From an uncultured Candidatus Binatia bacterium (GTDB taxonomy: Bacteria; Desulfobacterota; Binatia; UBA9968; JAJDTQ01): a DNA stretch of 64,000 bases. The stretch is taken from contig OZ243916.1 in NCBI GenBank assembly GCA_965213675.1, forward strand, positions 1,472,001 through 1,536,000, given 5' to 3'. The notes under the pieces are model-generated. The model was not told the DNA's origin and searched no databases. It saw only the letters and a list, made by a program, of their open reading frames with translations. Every line of letters begins with the position of its first letter. Position 1 is the first letter of the stretch. A program made the position numbers and the translations under genes. This document shows, piece by piece, positions 1 to 9,128 of this stretch.

Positions 1-784
1 GGTAGGGGGTCGCGTCCCCCGGGCGCACCGCCACGTCCACCGCGTCGAGAAAGCCCGGCTCCACGGAGTTCCGGTTGACGTCGATGACGGTCATGCCGGG
101 CTCCAGCCAGTCCGCAAAGAACACCGGCTCGATGGCGGAGGCGCAGCAGCACACGATGTCCGCGCCGCGCACCGCCGTGCGCGCGTCCGCGGCCGGTTCC
201 ACCTCGATGCCGTGCCGTTCCCGCATCTCTTCGGCGTAGCGCAGGGCGTTGGCGGGATCGAGGCTGAAGACCGATACCCTGGATATGGGACGCACGCGCA
301 ACAGCGCGTCAAGGTAGCTTCGGGCCATGCCGCCGGAGCCGATCATCGCCACCGTGCGGCTGTCCTGCCGCGCCAGGTACCGGGCTCCCAGGCCGGCGCC
401 CGCGCCCACGCGGTCGTGCTGGAGGCGGCCGTCGTTCATCATGGCCACCGGTGTTCCGTCACGGGTGCTGAAGAGCAGCAACAGGCCGCACCAGGTACCG
501 GGCGCGCCGGCGTACTTGTTCTCGCGCCGGTGGCCCCGCTCCATGGGCCAGCTCACCATGTCCGAGATGATGCGGATGCAGGAGTAGCCGTCCTGGCGGC
601 TGCCCCCGACCATGAGAGCGAGGCGGTGATAGGGCGACTCCTTCCCCGAGGGCACGTACATGTCCATGCGCCCCATGCCCACCGCGTCACCCCTGGCCAG
701 CTCCCGGAAGAGGCTCTCCAAGGCGTCCAGGCAAAGCGGCATGTCGATGACCTGCGCGACATCGTCGTTGTTGAGAAACAGCAT
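1..784 (-). CDS. Ornithine cyclodeaminase/mu-crystallin family protein (3' end outside window)
   Basis: Not in ORF track (no stop in window). Manual translation from ATG at 784: MLFLNNDDVAQVIDMPLCLDALE...LLLLFSTRDGTPVAMMNDGRLQHDRVGAGAGLGARYLARQDSRTVAMIGSGGMA (Rossmann GxGxxA). GGAG RBS upstream. Confidence 0.85.
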   Translation of the reverse strand, partial: MLFLNNDDVAQVIDMPLCLDALESLFRELARGDAVGMGRMDMYVPSGKESPYHRLALMVGGSRQDGYSCIRIISDMVSWPMERGHRRENKYAGAPGTWCGLLLLFSTRDGTPVAMMNDGRLQHDRVGAGAGLGARYLARQDSRTVAMIGSGGMARSYLDALLRVRPISRVSVFSLDPANALRYAEEMRERHGIEVEPAADARTAVRGADIVCCCASAIEPVFFADWLEPGMTVIDVNRNSVEPGFLDAVDVAVRPGDATPY

Positions 785-915
785 GGCAAGCTCCTGGCAA
801 ACGCCGCCGAAGGGTTTGCCGCCACCGCGCGGTGGAGTATATTTGCGATGCTTCTTCACACTGGCGCTTGACGTCGGCGGCGTGGAGAAGCATCGCACCG
901 AAAGGAGAACACGTC

Positions 916-1137
916 ATGCCTCTTTACGAATTCCAGTGCAAGGGTTGCGGCCATGAATTCGAGGACCTGGTCCTGGGCTCCGCCAAGCCGGCGTGCCCGT
1001 CCTGCAACGGCCAGCAACTTGAGCGGATGCTGTCGGTTTTTGCGGTCAACGCGGCCACGGCCGACCCCATGCCGGTCGCCGGAGGCTGCGGCGCCTGCGG
1101 GGACCCCAGGGGACCCGGGGCCTGTTCGATGAACTGA
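916..1137 (+). CDS. FmdB-family zinc-ribbon protein
   Basis: MPLYEFQCKGCGHEFE...CPSC signature and Cys-rich tail; AAGGAG RBS at 902-907. Confidence 0.9.
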   Translation: MPLYEFQCKGCGHEFEDLVLGSAKPACPSCNGQQLERMLSVFAVNAATADPMPVAGGCGACGDPRGPGACSMN

Positions 1138-1262
1138 CGGATGCCGCCTTCCTCATCGGCGGGCGATGAATGGCGGCCTTCCCCGCCGTGAGCCGCCGCG
1201 CGCGGCGTGACTTTGCAAGGAAAATCGGCTAGATAATACAAGAACTCCTCAAGGGAGTCAGA

Positions 1263-1369
1263 CACCTTATCCAGAGTGGTGGAGGGGCAGGCCCGTTGAA
1301 GCCACAGCAACCGTGTTCCCGAAGGGAACGCAGGTGCTAATTCCGGCCCGCAAGGGACAGATAAGGTGA
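1263..1369 (+). ncRNA. SAM-I (S-box) riboswitch
   Basis: P1 CACCTTATC/GATAAGGTG; conserved ATCCAGAG..GGAGGG..GCCC..GAAGCC..GCAACC..GGTGCTAA.TCC core; lies upstream of sulfur amino-acid genes. Confidence 0.93.
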
Positions 1370-1373
1370 GGAG

Positions 1374-1408
1374 AAACCTCTTCTCATCTTGGAAGAGGTT
1401 TTTTTTTC
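1374..1408 (+). terminator. Intrinsic terminator (riboswitch expression platform)
   Basis: AAACCTCTTC-tcatcttg-GAAGAGGTTT followed by a T run, just after the aptamer. Confidence 0.85.
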
Positions 1409-1496
1409 GTCCAGGTGTTTCGTTCTGGCGTCGTTTTCGTTCTGGCGTCGTGTTGGGAGTGTCCCGAATCGGGAGCGCCCTTGGAGGCCGCGGTCG

Positions 1497-2279
1497 ATGC
1501 GTCTGAGTCCTGAGCAGGTTGAGCGCTACAGCCGGCAGATCATGATCCCCGACGTGGGCGGCAGCGGCCAGATCCGCCTGCGTCAGGCCAGCGTGCTCGT
1601 GGTGGGGGCGGGCGGTCTGGGATGTCCCGCCGCGTACTACCTGGCCGCGGCCGGCCTTGGGCGCCTGGGCATCGTCGACGGCGACGCCGTGGACCTGTCC
1701 AACCTGCAGCGGCAGATCCTTCACACCACGGCCGACCTGGACCGGCGCAAGGTGGAGTCGGCCCGGTCCCGGCTGCTGGCGCTCAACGCCGAGGTGGATG
1801 TGGAGGTCCACGCCACGCGCCTGACCGGCGAGAACGCGACGGAGCTGATGGCACCCTACGACTTCATCATCGACGGCAGCGACAACTTCGACACCAAGTT
1901 TCTCGTGAACGACGTGGCCGTGTCCCTGGGCAAGCCCTTCTCCCACGCGGGCATCGTCCGCCTCCAGGGACAGACCATGACCGTGGTGCCGCCGGAGAGC
2001 GCGTGTTACCGCTGCCTCTTCGAGGAGCCACCGGCGCCGGGGGAGGTGCCCGGCTGCCAGCAGGCGGGCATCCTGGGAGCGGTGGCCGGGACCATCGGCT
2101 CCATTCAGGCCACCGAGGCCGTCAAATACATTGTCGGCCTGGAGGAGCACCTGCTGGTGAACCGGATGCTAACCTACGACGCCAGGGCCATGGAAATTCG
2201 CAACGTACCCGTGGCGCCGAACCCGCGCTGCACGGCCTGCGGCGCGGGAGCGCCGGTTTCTCAAAGGAGTCACGCATGA
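1497..2279 (+). CDS. moeB: ThiF/MoeB-family sulfur-carrier adenylyltransferase
   Basis: RYSRQI, VGAGGLG, DxVDLSNLQRQ, CYRC and C-terminal CxxC; GGAGG RBS before ATG 1497. Confidence 0.9.
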   Translation: MRLSPEQVERYSRQIMIPDVGGSGQIRLRQASVLVVGAGGLGCPAAYYLAAAGLGRLGIVDGDAVDLSNLQRQILHTTADLDRRKVESARSRLLALNAEVDVEVHATRLTGENATELMAPYDFIIDGSDNFDTKFLVNDVAVSLGKPFSHAGIVRLQGQTMTVVPPESACYRCLFEEPPAPGEVPGCQQAGILGAVAGTIGSIQATEAVKYIVGLEEHLLVNRMLTYDARAMEIRNVPVAPNPRCTACGAGAPVSQRSHA

Positions 2280-3541
2280 GCTTTGTTCTAGGACTGCAAT
2301 GCCGGGAGTGCCGGCGGGACTATCCCACGGCGCCCCTGCATGTGTGCGAGGACTGCTTCGGCCCGCTGGAGGTGATGTACGACTACGACGGCATCCGCGA
2401 CAGCGTGAGCCGCGAGAAGATCGCCGCGCGCCCGCGGAACCTGTGGCGCTATCGCGAGTTGCTGCCCGTGGAGAAGGAGCCCCGGGTGGGCCTCTACTCC
2501 GGCTTCACCCCGCTCATCCGGGCCCGCCGCCTGGGGCAGGCGCTGGGCGTGCAGGAGTTGTACCTCAAGGACGACTCGGTGAACCATCCGACTTTCTCCT
2601 ACAAGGACCGGGTGGTATCGGTGGCCATCTCCAAGGCCATCGAGTTCGGCTACGAGACCGTTTCGTGCGCCTCCACCGGCAACCTCGCCAACTCGGTGTC
2701 GGCCCACGCCGCCAGCGCGGGCCTCAATTGCTACGTCTTCATTCCCGAAGGCCTCGAGGAGGGGAAGATCGTCGGCTCGGCCATCTACGGCCCGCGCACC
2801 GTGGCCATCAAGGGGACCTACGACGACGTGAACCGGCTGTGCAGCGAGATCGGCGACAAGTACCAGTGGGCCTTCGTCAACGTAAACCTTCGGCCCTACT
2901 ACTCCGAAGGCGCCAAGACCCATGCCTTCGAGGTGGCCGAGCAACTCGGCTGGAAGCTGCCGCGCCACATCGTGGTGGGCTCCGCGGGGGGCACCATCCT
3001 GCCCAAGCTGGGCAAGGGGTTCAAGGAGTTGCGCACGGTGGGGCTGGTGGACCCGGACGAGCCGTGCAGCATCTACTCCGCGCAGGCCGCCGGCTGCTCT
3101 CCCATCATCGACGCGCTCAAGCGCGGCACCGACGTCGTGGACCCGGTGAAGCCCGACACCATCGCCACATCCATCGCCATCGGCAACCCGGCCGACGGCT
3201 ACTACGTCATCCAGACGCTCCATGAAACCGGCGGCTGGGGCGAAAGCGTCACCGACGAGGAAATCCTCGACGGCATCCGCCTGCTGGCCTCCACCGAGGG
3301 CATCTTTACCGAACCCGCGGGCGGTACCGAGGTCGCAGTGACCAGGAAACTCATCGAGCAGGGACGGATCCCGCGGGACGAGTCCATCGTCATCTCCATC
3401 ACCGGGAACGGTTACAAGACCATCGAGACCGTAGCCCGCATCATCGACCGGCCCTACAGCATCGACGCCGGCCTGAACGACTTCGACGAGTTGTACGGCG
3501 CCCTGACGCGCGCGACCGAGCCGGACGCGAAGGCCGGATGA
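2276..3541 (+). CDS. Threonine synthase-like PLP enzyme (possible O-phosphohomoserine sulfhydrylase)
   Basis: N-terminal zinc ribbon (CREC..CEDC), PTFSYKDR PLP lysine, CASTGNLA; ATGA overlap with moeB stop. Confidence 0.85.
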   Translation: MSFVLGLQCRECRRDYPTAPLHVCEDCFGPLEVMYDYDGIRDSVSREKIAARPRNLWRYRELLPVEKEPRVGLYSGFTPLIRARRLGQALGVQELYLKDDSVNHPTFSYKDRVVSVAISKAIEFGYETVSCASTGNLANSVSAHAASAGLNCYVFIPEGLEEGKIVGSAIYGPRTVAIKGTYDDVNRLCSEIGDKYQWAFVNVNLRPYYSEGAKTHAFEVAEQLGWKLPRHIVVGSAGGTILPKLGKGFKELRTVGLVDPDEPCSIYSAQAAGCSPIIDALKRGTDVVDPVKPDTIATSIAIGNPADGYYVIQTLHETGGWGESVTDEEILDGIRLLASTEGIFTEPAGGTEVAVTRKLIEQGRIPRDESIVISITGNGYKTIETVARIIDRPYSIDAGLNDFDELYGALTRATEPDAKAG

Positions 3542-3663
3542 GCGGACCCCGTCCGGCCCTCGACACGGATGCCCGCTCAGCGTGGGATCGTCGTGCGCGA
3601 GCCGCGGAAGCTGTTGAAATGGTCGGGTCCGGGTTCTATCCTGATCGAGAAGGAGGTTCTTTC

Positions 3664-3942
3664 ATGAGTGTTCGTGTACGCGTACCCACGCCGCTGAGAA
3701 AATTCACCCAGGGATCGGACGAAGTCGACGTCAACGGCGGCACCGTTCTGGCCATGCTGGAGGATCTGGAGCAGAAGCATCCCGGCATCAAGGAACGCAT
3801 CATGGACGAAGGCGGCAAGGTGCGCCGGTTCGTGAACGTCTATGTCAACGGCGACGACATCCGCTTTCTGCAGAACGTCGACACCGCGTTGAAGGACGGC
3901 GACAGCATCTCCATCGTCCCCGCCATCGCCGGCGGCGTTTGA
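3664..3942 (+). CDS. MoaD/ThiS/CysO-type ubiquitin-like sulfur carrier
   Basis: MSVRVRVPTPLRK...FVNVYVNGDDIRF...PAIAGGV; AGGAGG RBS. Confidence 0.9.
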   Translation: MSVRVRVPTPLRKFTQGSDEVDVNGGTVLAMLEDLEQKHPGIKERIMDEGGKVRRFVNVYVNGDDIRFLQNVDTALKDGDSISIVPAIAGGV

Positions 3943-3969
3943 CCGTCCAACGGATTCCGCGCACGCCCC

Positions 3970-4965
3970 ATGCTCGCCGCGCTGAAACAGGACGGCGCTT
4001 CGCCGCCGCGCAAGCCACGCAAGGTCGACCGCATCGTCGAGCTTGTCGGCAACACGCCCTTGGTGCCGATCCGGCGGATCACCCGGGGACTGTCCCGGGG
4101 TGTGCGGGTGCTGGCCAAGCTGGAGGGCTTCAATCCGGGTGGGTCGGTCAAGGACCGCCCCGCCCTCAGGATGATCCGGGAAGCCATCGACACAGGGCAG
4201 CTCAGTCCCGGCCGCACCCTCATCGACTCCACTTCGGGCAACACCGGCATCGCCATCGCCATGATCGGCGCGGCGCTGGGCCATCCCGTACGGCTTGTGG
4301 TGCCCGCCAACGTGAGTGAGGAACGCAAGAACATCATTCGGTGGTTCGGCGCGGAGATCGTCTACAGCGATCCGCTGGAAGGATCCGACGGAGCCATCCG
4401 CCGCTGCCGCACCATCGTCGCGGAAGAGCCGGAACGGTACTTCAAGCCCGACCAGTACTTCAACCCGATGAACAGTCAGGCCCATTACGAGACCACCGGT
4501 CCCGAGATCCACGAACAGACCGAAGGGAGCGTCACCCACTTCATCGCCGGCATCGGCACCGGCGGCACCGTGATGGGGGTGGGACGTTTCCTGAAGGAGC
4601 GGGATTCGCGCATCCGCGTGATCGCGGCCGAGCCCGACTCGGCGCTGCACGGGCTCGAAGGGCTCAAGCACATGGCCAGCTCCATCGTTCCGGGGATCTA
4701 CCGGGAGGATGAGCTCGATCTCAAGATCCCGGTGTCCACCGAAGATGCCTACGACATGGTGTACCGGCTGAGCCAGGAGGAGGGGCTGCTGGTGGGGCAA
4801 TCCTCCGGCGCGGCCATGGTGGCGGCCATGGGTGTCGCCCGGCGGCTCACGCACGGCACCGTGGTGGTGGTGTTCCCCGACTTCGGTGCGCGTTACATGA
4901 CCACGAACCTCTGGACCACCTGGAAGGAAAGCCTTGACGTCGGCAACGTGGACTTTGCCATCTGA
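3970..4965 (+). CDS. cysM: PLP-dependent cysteine synthase (CysM-like)
   Basis: VGNTPL, NPGGSVKDR, TSGNTG and GTGGT motifs. Confidence 0.88.
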   Translation: MLAALKQDGASPPRKPRKVDRIVELVGNTPLVPIRRITRGLSRGVRVLAKLEGFNPGGSVKDRPALRMIREAIDTGQLSPGRTLIDSTSGNTGIAIAMIGAALGHPVRLVVPANVSEERKNIIRWFGAEIVYSDPLEGSDGAIRRCRTIVAEEPERYFKPDQYFNPMNSQAHYETTGPEIHEQTEGSVTHFIAGIGTGGTVMGVGRFLKERDSRIRVIAAEPDSALHGLEGLKHMASSIVPGIYREDELDLKIPVSTEDAYDMVYRLSQEEGLLVGQSSGAAMVAAMGVARRLTHGTVVVVFPDFGARYMTTNLWTTWKESLDVGNVDFAI

Positions 4966-5031
4966 CGCTCCCGCTCCGGACCGCGCCCACGGACTCCCGG
5001 GACCGGACTCTGGCGCTCGCCCCCAACGGCC

Positions 5032-6192
5032 ATGATCATTCGCTGTCCAAACTGCTCCACGACCTACAAGGTGGACGGTGGCGTCCTCGACGCGCCCAAG
5101 CCGAGTTTCCGTTGTTCCCGATGCAAGCACGTCTTCAGGGTGCAGGTGAGCTTGAAACCGGACACGACCGACGCGGACCGACTCGTGTCGGCCACGGATC
5201 CGGCTTCAACCCGTCACGCTCCGGACACGGACGCCGCGAGCCACGCGCCCGCCGCCGACCCCCAAGTTGCCGAAGATGCCGACTCCCACGGGGCTCCACA
5301 GGCGCAGTCCGACGACGACAATGCGGTGGCCGAAGTCCGTGTGGAGGAAGTCCGCGTTGAGGACATGGAGGACAAGGCGGAAACGCCGCCGGCGCCGGCC
5401 GGATCCCCCGAAGGAAATGCCGAGGAATCCGACGCGGACGGCGTGCCGCACAACCCCGAACTCCCCCACCTTGAATTCGACCCCAACCCCGCCGGGGTCC
5501 GTCTACCGGATGAAGCCGGGTTGCTTGCGTTCCAGAAGGACCACGGCCAGGACGACGCGGATGCGGAGCCCCAGCGCCCGCCGCCGGACTTCACGATCGA
5601 CGACGATTTCCTCATCCCGCCCAAACGGGAAGCACCCCCGCTGCCCCTGCCCGACGCCAAAGGCTCGGTCGTACCCTTTGTGAGTCTCATCGCGCTCATC
5701 CTGTTCGCCGCGGGCTTGGTGACGTTGATTCACATGACCCATCCCGAACCGCTGGACAATCTGTTGCGGCGGGTACCATGGTACGGCGCGGCCGTATTCG
5801 ACAACAGGCATTACAAGAGCACGCTGGTGTTCCAATCGCTGGTGTCGGGCGTGCGGCCGATTCTGAACCAGACGGAGGTCTTTGTCGTCTCCGGCAAGTT
5901 GCTCAACCGGAACGACCAGAGCGTCCGACAGGTTCAGATCGAAGCGCAACTCTTCGATGAGGGAGGAAAACAGGTAGGGCGAGAGGTGACCTTCGTGGGC
6001 AACGCCATTTCAGCCAGGATCATCGAAGACATGAGCTTCCGCGAGATCTCGCTGCTCCAAAGCCTCAAGCCTCAAAGCGCTTACCACATCCCGCCCCAAG
6101 GCTCGGCGGACTTCACCATCGTCTTCCCCAAGCCCAAGGCGGCGGTGGCCACCTTCAGTTGCCGGGTTCTGACGGCCGACGGCGCCGCTTGA
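5032..6192 (+). CDS. MJ0042 zinc-ribbon / DUF3426 membrane protein
   Basis: MIIRCPNCSTTY...RCSRCKHVF, acidic linker, one TM helix, beta-rich C-terminal domain. Confidence 0.8.
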   Translation: MIIRCPNCSTTYKVDGGVLDAPKPSFRCSRCKHVFRVQVSLKPDTTDADRLVSATDPASTRHAPDTDAASHAPAADPQVAEDADSHGAPQAQSDDDNAVAEVRVEEVRVEDMEDKAETPPAPAGSPEGNAEESDADGVPHNPELPHLEFDPNPAGVRLPDEAGLLAFQKDHGQDDADAEPQRPPPDFTIDDDFLIPPKREAPPLPLPDAKGSVVPFVSLIALILFAAGLVTLIHMTHPEPLDNLLRRVPWYGAAVFDNRHYKSTLVFQSLVSGVRPILNQTEVFVVSGKLLNRNDQSVRQVQIEAQLFDEGGKQVGREVTFVGNAISARIIEDMSFREISLLQSLKPQSAYHIPPQGSADFTIVFPKPKAAVATFSCRVLTADGAA

Positions 6193-6207
6193 CTGGGCAG
6201 CGCGCCG

Positions 6208-6402
6208 TCAGTCCTTCTTGGAGCCGTCTCCCTTGCCCTTCTCGGTGGCGGTGACGTCGATCTCGTCCGGTTCGTGGAGCGACTTGCGGAAGCTCTGAAT
6301 GCCTTTGCCGAGACCCTGACCGAGTTCCGGAAGCCGGCGGCTGAAAAGCACCATGATGATCACCAGGATGATCAGCAGTTCCCAAATTCCCAAGCCAAAC
6401 AT
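6208..6402 (-). CDS. tatA: Twin-arginine translocase subunit TatA/E
   Basis: MFGLGIWELLIILVIIMVLF..RRLPELGQGLGKGIQSFRK. Confidence 0.92.
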   Translation of the reverse strand: MFGLGIWELLIILVIIMVLFSRRLPELGQGLGKGIQSFRKSLHEPDEIDVTATEKGKGDGSKKD

Positions 6403-6526
6403 GATGCCCTCACTTCCAGTGTTGCGCTTTCAAAATCCGTGGACCCATCTGTGGGTCCCTTCTGCGTAGAGGTCTCTTTTCTGGCTTGTTTATCAATAAG
6501 TCAGAAATATTCCCGTCGGTCCGGGT

Positions 6527-6868
6527 CTACTCCGTCATACGCTTGAGCCCCGCCAACGGCTGAACCTTCACCGCCCGCGAGGCGGGCTTCGCCGCCACCG
6601 TGATCTCCTGGCCGTTGAAGGGCGAGATCATCTTGCGCGCCTTGGTCGCGGGTTTGCGCACCACCTTGATCTTCAGCAGGCCGGGGAGCGTGAACGTTCC
6701 CACCGCACGCCTCCTGACGTGACGCTCGATGACCACTCCAAGGTTGTCCAGCACCGAGGCCACGTCCTTCTTCTGGAGCCCGGTCGATTCGGCCAGGGCG
6801 TCCAGAATCTGGGCCTTGGTCATGGCCTCCTTGAGCGCCGTGTTCTTGCGATTTGCGTTTGCCGCCAT
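6527..6868 (-). CDS. HU-family DNA-binding protein
   Basis: MTKAQILDALAE..FTLPGLLKIKVVRKPATKAR..SPFNG..AKPA. Confidence 0.9.
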   Translation of the reverse strand: MAANANRKNTALKEAMTKAQILDALAESTGLQKKDVASVLDNLGVVIERHVRRRAVGTFTLPGLLKIKVVRKPATKARKMISPFNGQEITVAAKPASRAVKVQPLAGLKRMTE

Positions 6869-7050
6869 CCCGTATGTCTCCTTCCGCTGCTTGCAGCCAT
6901 TGTGGAATACGGTATCTCAAGGTAGCTGACCGGCGGTCGAAAAGCGAGTCGTTCCCCACGGGCCAAGTCCGGCCAGTGGTGGCGCGAGTATCCGCATCGT
7001 TGAAAACCAGCCGGCGCGAACGGGCGAGTCGAGACGCCGTTCCGGATTTG

Positions 7051-7140
7051 TCATGTGCTGGGCCGGTATTCGTACTTCAGGTCCCGCAGCTTTTCGATCA
7101 GCGACTCTTCAAGGTCGCGTTCGGGTGTATTCATCGCCAT
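7051..7140 (-). pseudogene. N-terminal stub of a type I restriction subunit HsdR
   Basis: Manual translation MAMNTPERDLEESLIEKLRDLKYEYRPST*, resembling HsdR N-termini; AAGGAG upstream. Confidence 0.6.
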
Positions 7141-7535
7141 TGCAGAGGCTGACTCCTTTTGGCGTTTGACGGACGAGTCGGCCTGTCTGGCGCCGAATGC
7201 GAACGCGCGCCGAAAGTGTCTTCAACGCCGCGGTTGTTGGGGGCGATTCTATTGTAGATGCCTTGGTCCATTATTCTGTTGTCGCTGCCGTGCTTGGGGG
7301 GCTACCGACGTGGCCAGTATCAGGAACTCTGGAGGATTTCCACCCTTTCGCGAGCCGACACCGTCCGAATGCAGTCACCTCCCCGACTGCCAGTCCTGCC
7401 TTGATGCGGTCATCAACGAGGTCCAGTCGTCGGGCGAATTTCCCCGCGCGAGCATCCTGGCAAAGACCGTGTACGGACGAACCGGGCACTGCAAAGCTTC
7501 TGGAGCGAAGGCAGATCGTGCAGCTTGGGCGTTGT

Positions 7536-7860
7536 TGCCCCAGTCCTTCAGGTCGCCGTTCTCATGCGCCAGCAGCGTGCGGCCCCAAACATCGAGGATA
7601 AGCCCGGGCACCGGGTCGGTCCACGCGAGGCCGCCGCCGACCTCGACCCCGAAGCCGGTCTCCGCATCGCCGCCGTCATGGCGCGCGCTGGCCGCCAGCT
7701 TCGGCGTCAGGTGCGCATCCCCCTCCATGGCGATGCGCCAGCTACCCTCCAGGCCGAGCCTGAGACGGGTCACGTCGGCGTCCCAGGCCTTGAGATCGTC
7801 CGTCTTCTCCGATGACGTCCGCGCCCACAGCACGTCCGAGGTCAGCGCCAGGGCCGGGCC
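7536..7860 (-). pseudogene. Fragment of an autotransporter-like beta-barrel
   Basis: ADVTRLRLGLEGSW..LTPKL..RHDGGDAETGFGVEVGGG..GRTLLAHE aligns with the C-terminus of the 57596-64000 protein. Confidence 0.8.
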
Positions 7861-7990
7861 GGCCACGGGCGTCATCGCGGATGAACACATCGCCTGACCC
7901 ATCAGATGTCGCGAGCCGAGCACACGCGACCGCGCCGGGGAGAACGGACATGTCCTTGACTTCATATTCGGGCAACACTATCCTGCCGCC

Positions 7991-8359
7991 ATGAACTGAC
8001 GGGTCGTTTTCCATGACGAGTTCGTGCCGGAGTTTCATGATCTCCACGTCAAGGTGCAGGATGAGGTGTACACGGTCGGCCGCTTGCTGGAGCAGTTCGG
8101 TCCGCAACTGGGTCGGCCGCAGGTGGATACGCTGAACGGGTCTCGGCACGCGAACATGAAGGAGATACGGTTCGGCGCGGCGGACGGGGAATGGCGGGTG
8201 GCCTTCGCCTTCGACCCCGCGCGTGAGGCCGTGCTTCTGGTGGCGGGCGACAAGTCGGGCGGCAGCGGGCGGCGGTTCTACCGTGCGCTCATCCGCAAAG
8301 CCGACGAGCGGTTCGACCGGCACCTTGCCCGCCTCGCCGATGAAAGGGGAACGCAATGA
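7991..8359 (+). pseudogene. RelE/HigB (Gp49-like) toxin with TGA at codon 3
   Basis: ATG AAC TGA CGG GTC..., in frame with LGRPQVDTLNGSRHANMKEIRF..WRVAFAFDP.R.AVLLVAGDKSG. Confidence 0.75.
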
Positions 8360-8682
8360 CTGTGAGCCTTGATGAAATGATGGCGGAACTCGACCCCGAG
8401 CGACGGCGCAGGATTGAGGAACGGGCGGCCGAACTGATCGCCGAGGAAATGACGCTGCGCGAACTGCGCAAGGCCCGCGCGCTGACCCAGGCGAGCGTCG
8501 CGCGTGAGCTCGGCATCAGCCAGGACGCCATCTCCCGGCTGGAGAAGCGTAGCGACCTCCTGCTGTCCACGCTGCGCAGAACGGTGGAAGCAATGGGCGG
8601 CAGCCTGTCGCTGATCGCCAGATTCCCCGACCGCCCACCGGTCGAGCTTGCCGGCATCGCCGAACGCGACGCCCGCGATTAA
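8356..8682 (+). CDS. XRE-family HTH antitoxin (HigA-like)
   Basis: LRELRKARALTQ..LGISQDAISRLEKRSDLLLSTL; ATGA-coupled to the toxin. Confidence 0.88.
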   Translation: MTVSLDEMMAELDPERRRRIEERAAELIAEEMTLRELRKARALTQASVARELGISQDAISRLEKRSDLLLSTLRRTVEAMGGSLSLIARFPDRPPVELAGIAERDARD

Positions 8683-8850
8683 CGCCGTCCTGACCGGCCG
8701 CAGGCGGTTTACATCGCGACTCTCATCCTGACTCTCATCCTACTTGTCGCGCCATACCAGCTGAGTACCTCGCACCCGTACTGTGAGGTGGTCCCGGAAA
8801 ATCGGACAGGTTGCCAAGGTGTATTCCACCGACCGAAGGAGGGATACGCA

Positions 8851-9128
8851 ATGAGCACACGACGACGGTTCAGCGGAGACTTCAAGGCGAAGCGCTGGAG
8901 GCGCTGCGCGGAGACAAGACGATCCAGGAGCTCGCGGCGCGGCACAAGGTCCATCCGAACCAAGTGAGCACGTGGAAGCAGCGTGCGGTGGAGGGGATGA
9001 AGGAGGTGTTCTCGAAGGGAGCCGAGCGGGCACGAGGAGACCACGAGGGGGAGGTCCGGGACCTGCACGCGAAGATCGGAGAGCTGACGGTGGAGCGGGA
9101 TTTTTTGGCCAAGGGGCTCAAGTGGTGA
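8851..9128 (+). pseudogene. IS3 transposase OrfA (HTH), frameshift near 8890
   Basis: MSTRRRFSGDFKAK then frame change to ALEALRGDKTIQELAARHKVHPNQVSTWK. Confidence 0.75.

Noticed and set aside
3940-3969. UGA readthrough fusing the sulfur carrier to CysM (same frame, 9 codons apart)
   Set aside because: The carrier needs a free C-terminus, there is no convincing SECIS hairpin, and same-frame adjacency occurs one time in three by chance.
7997-7999. Selenocysteine in the toxin
   Set aside because: The position fits Trp rather than Cys, and there is no redox motif.
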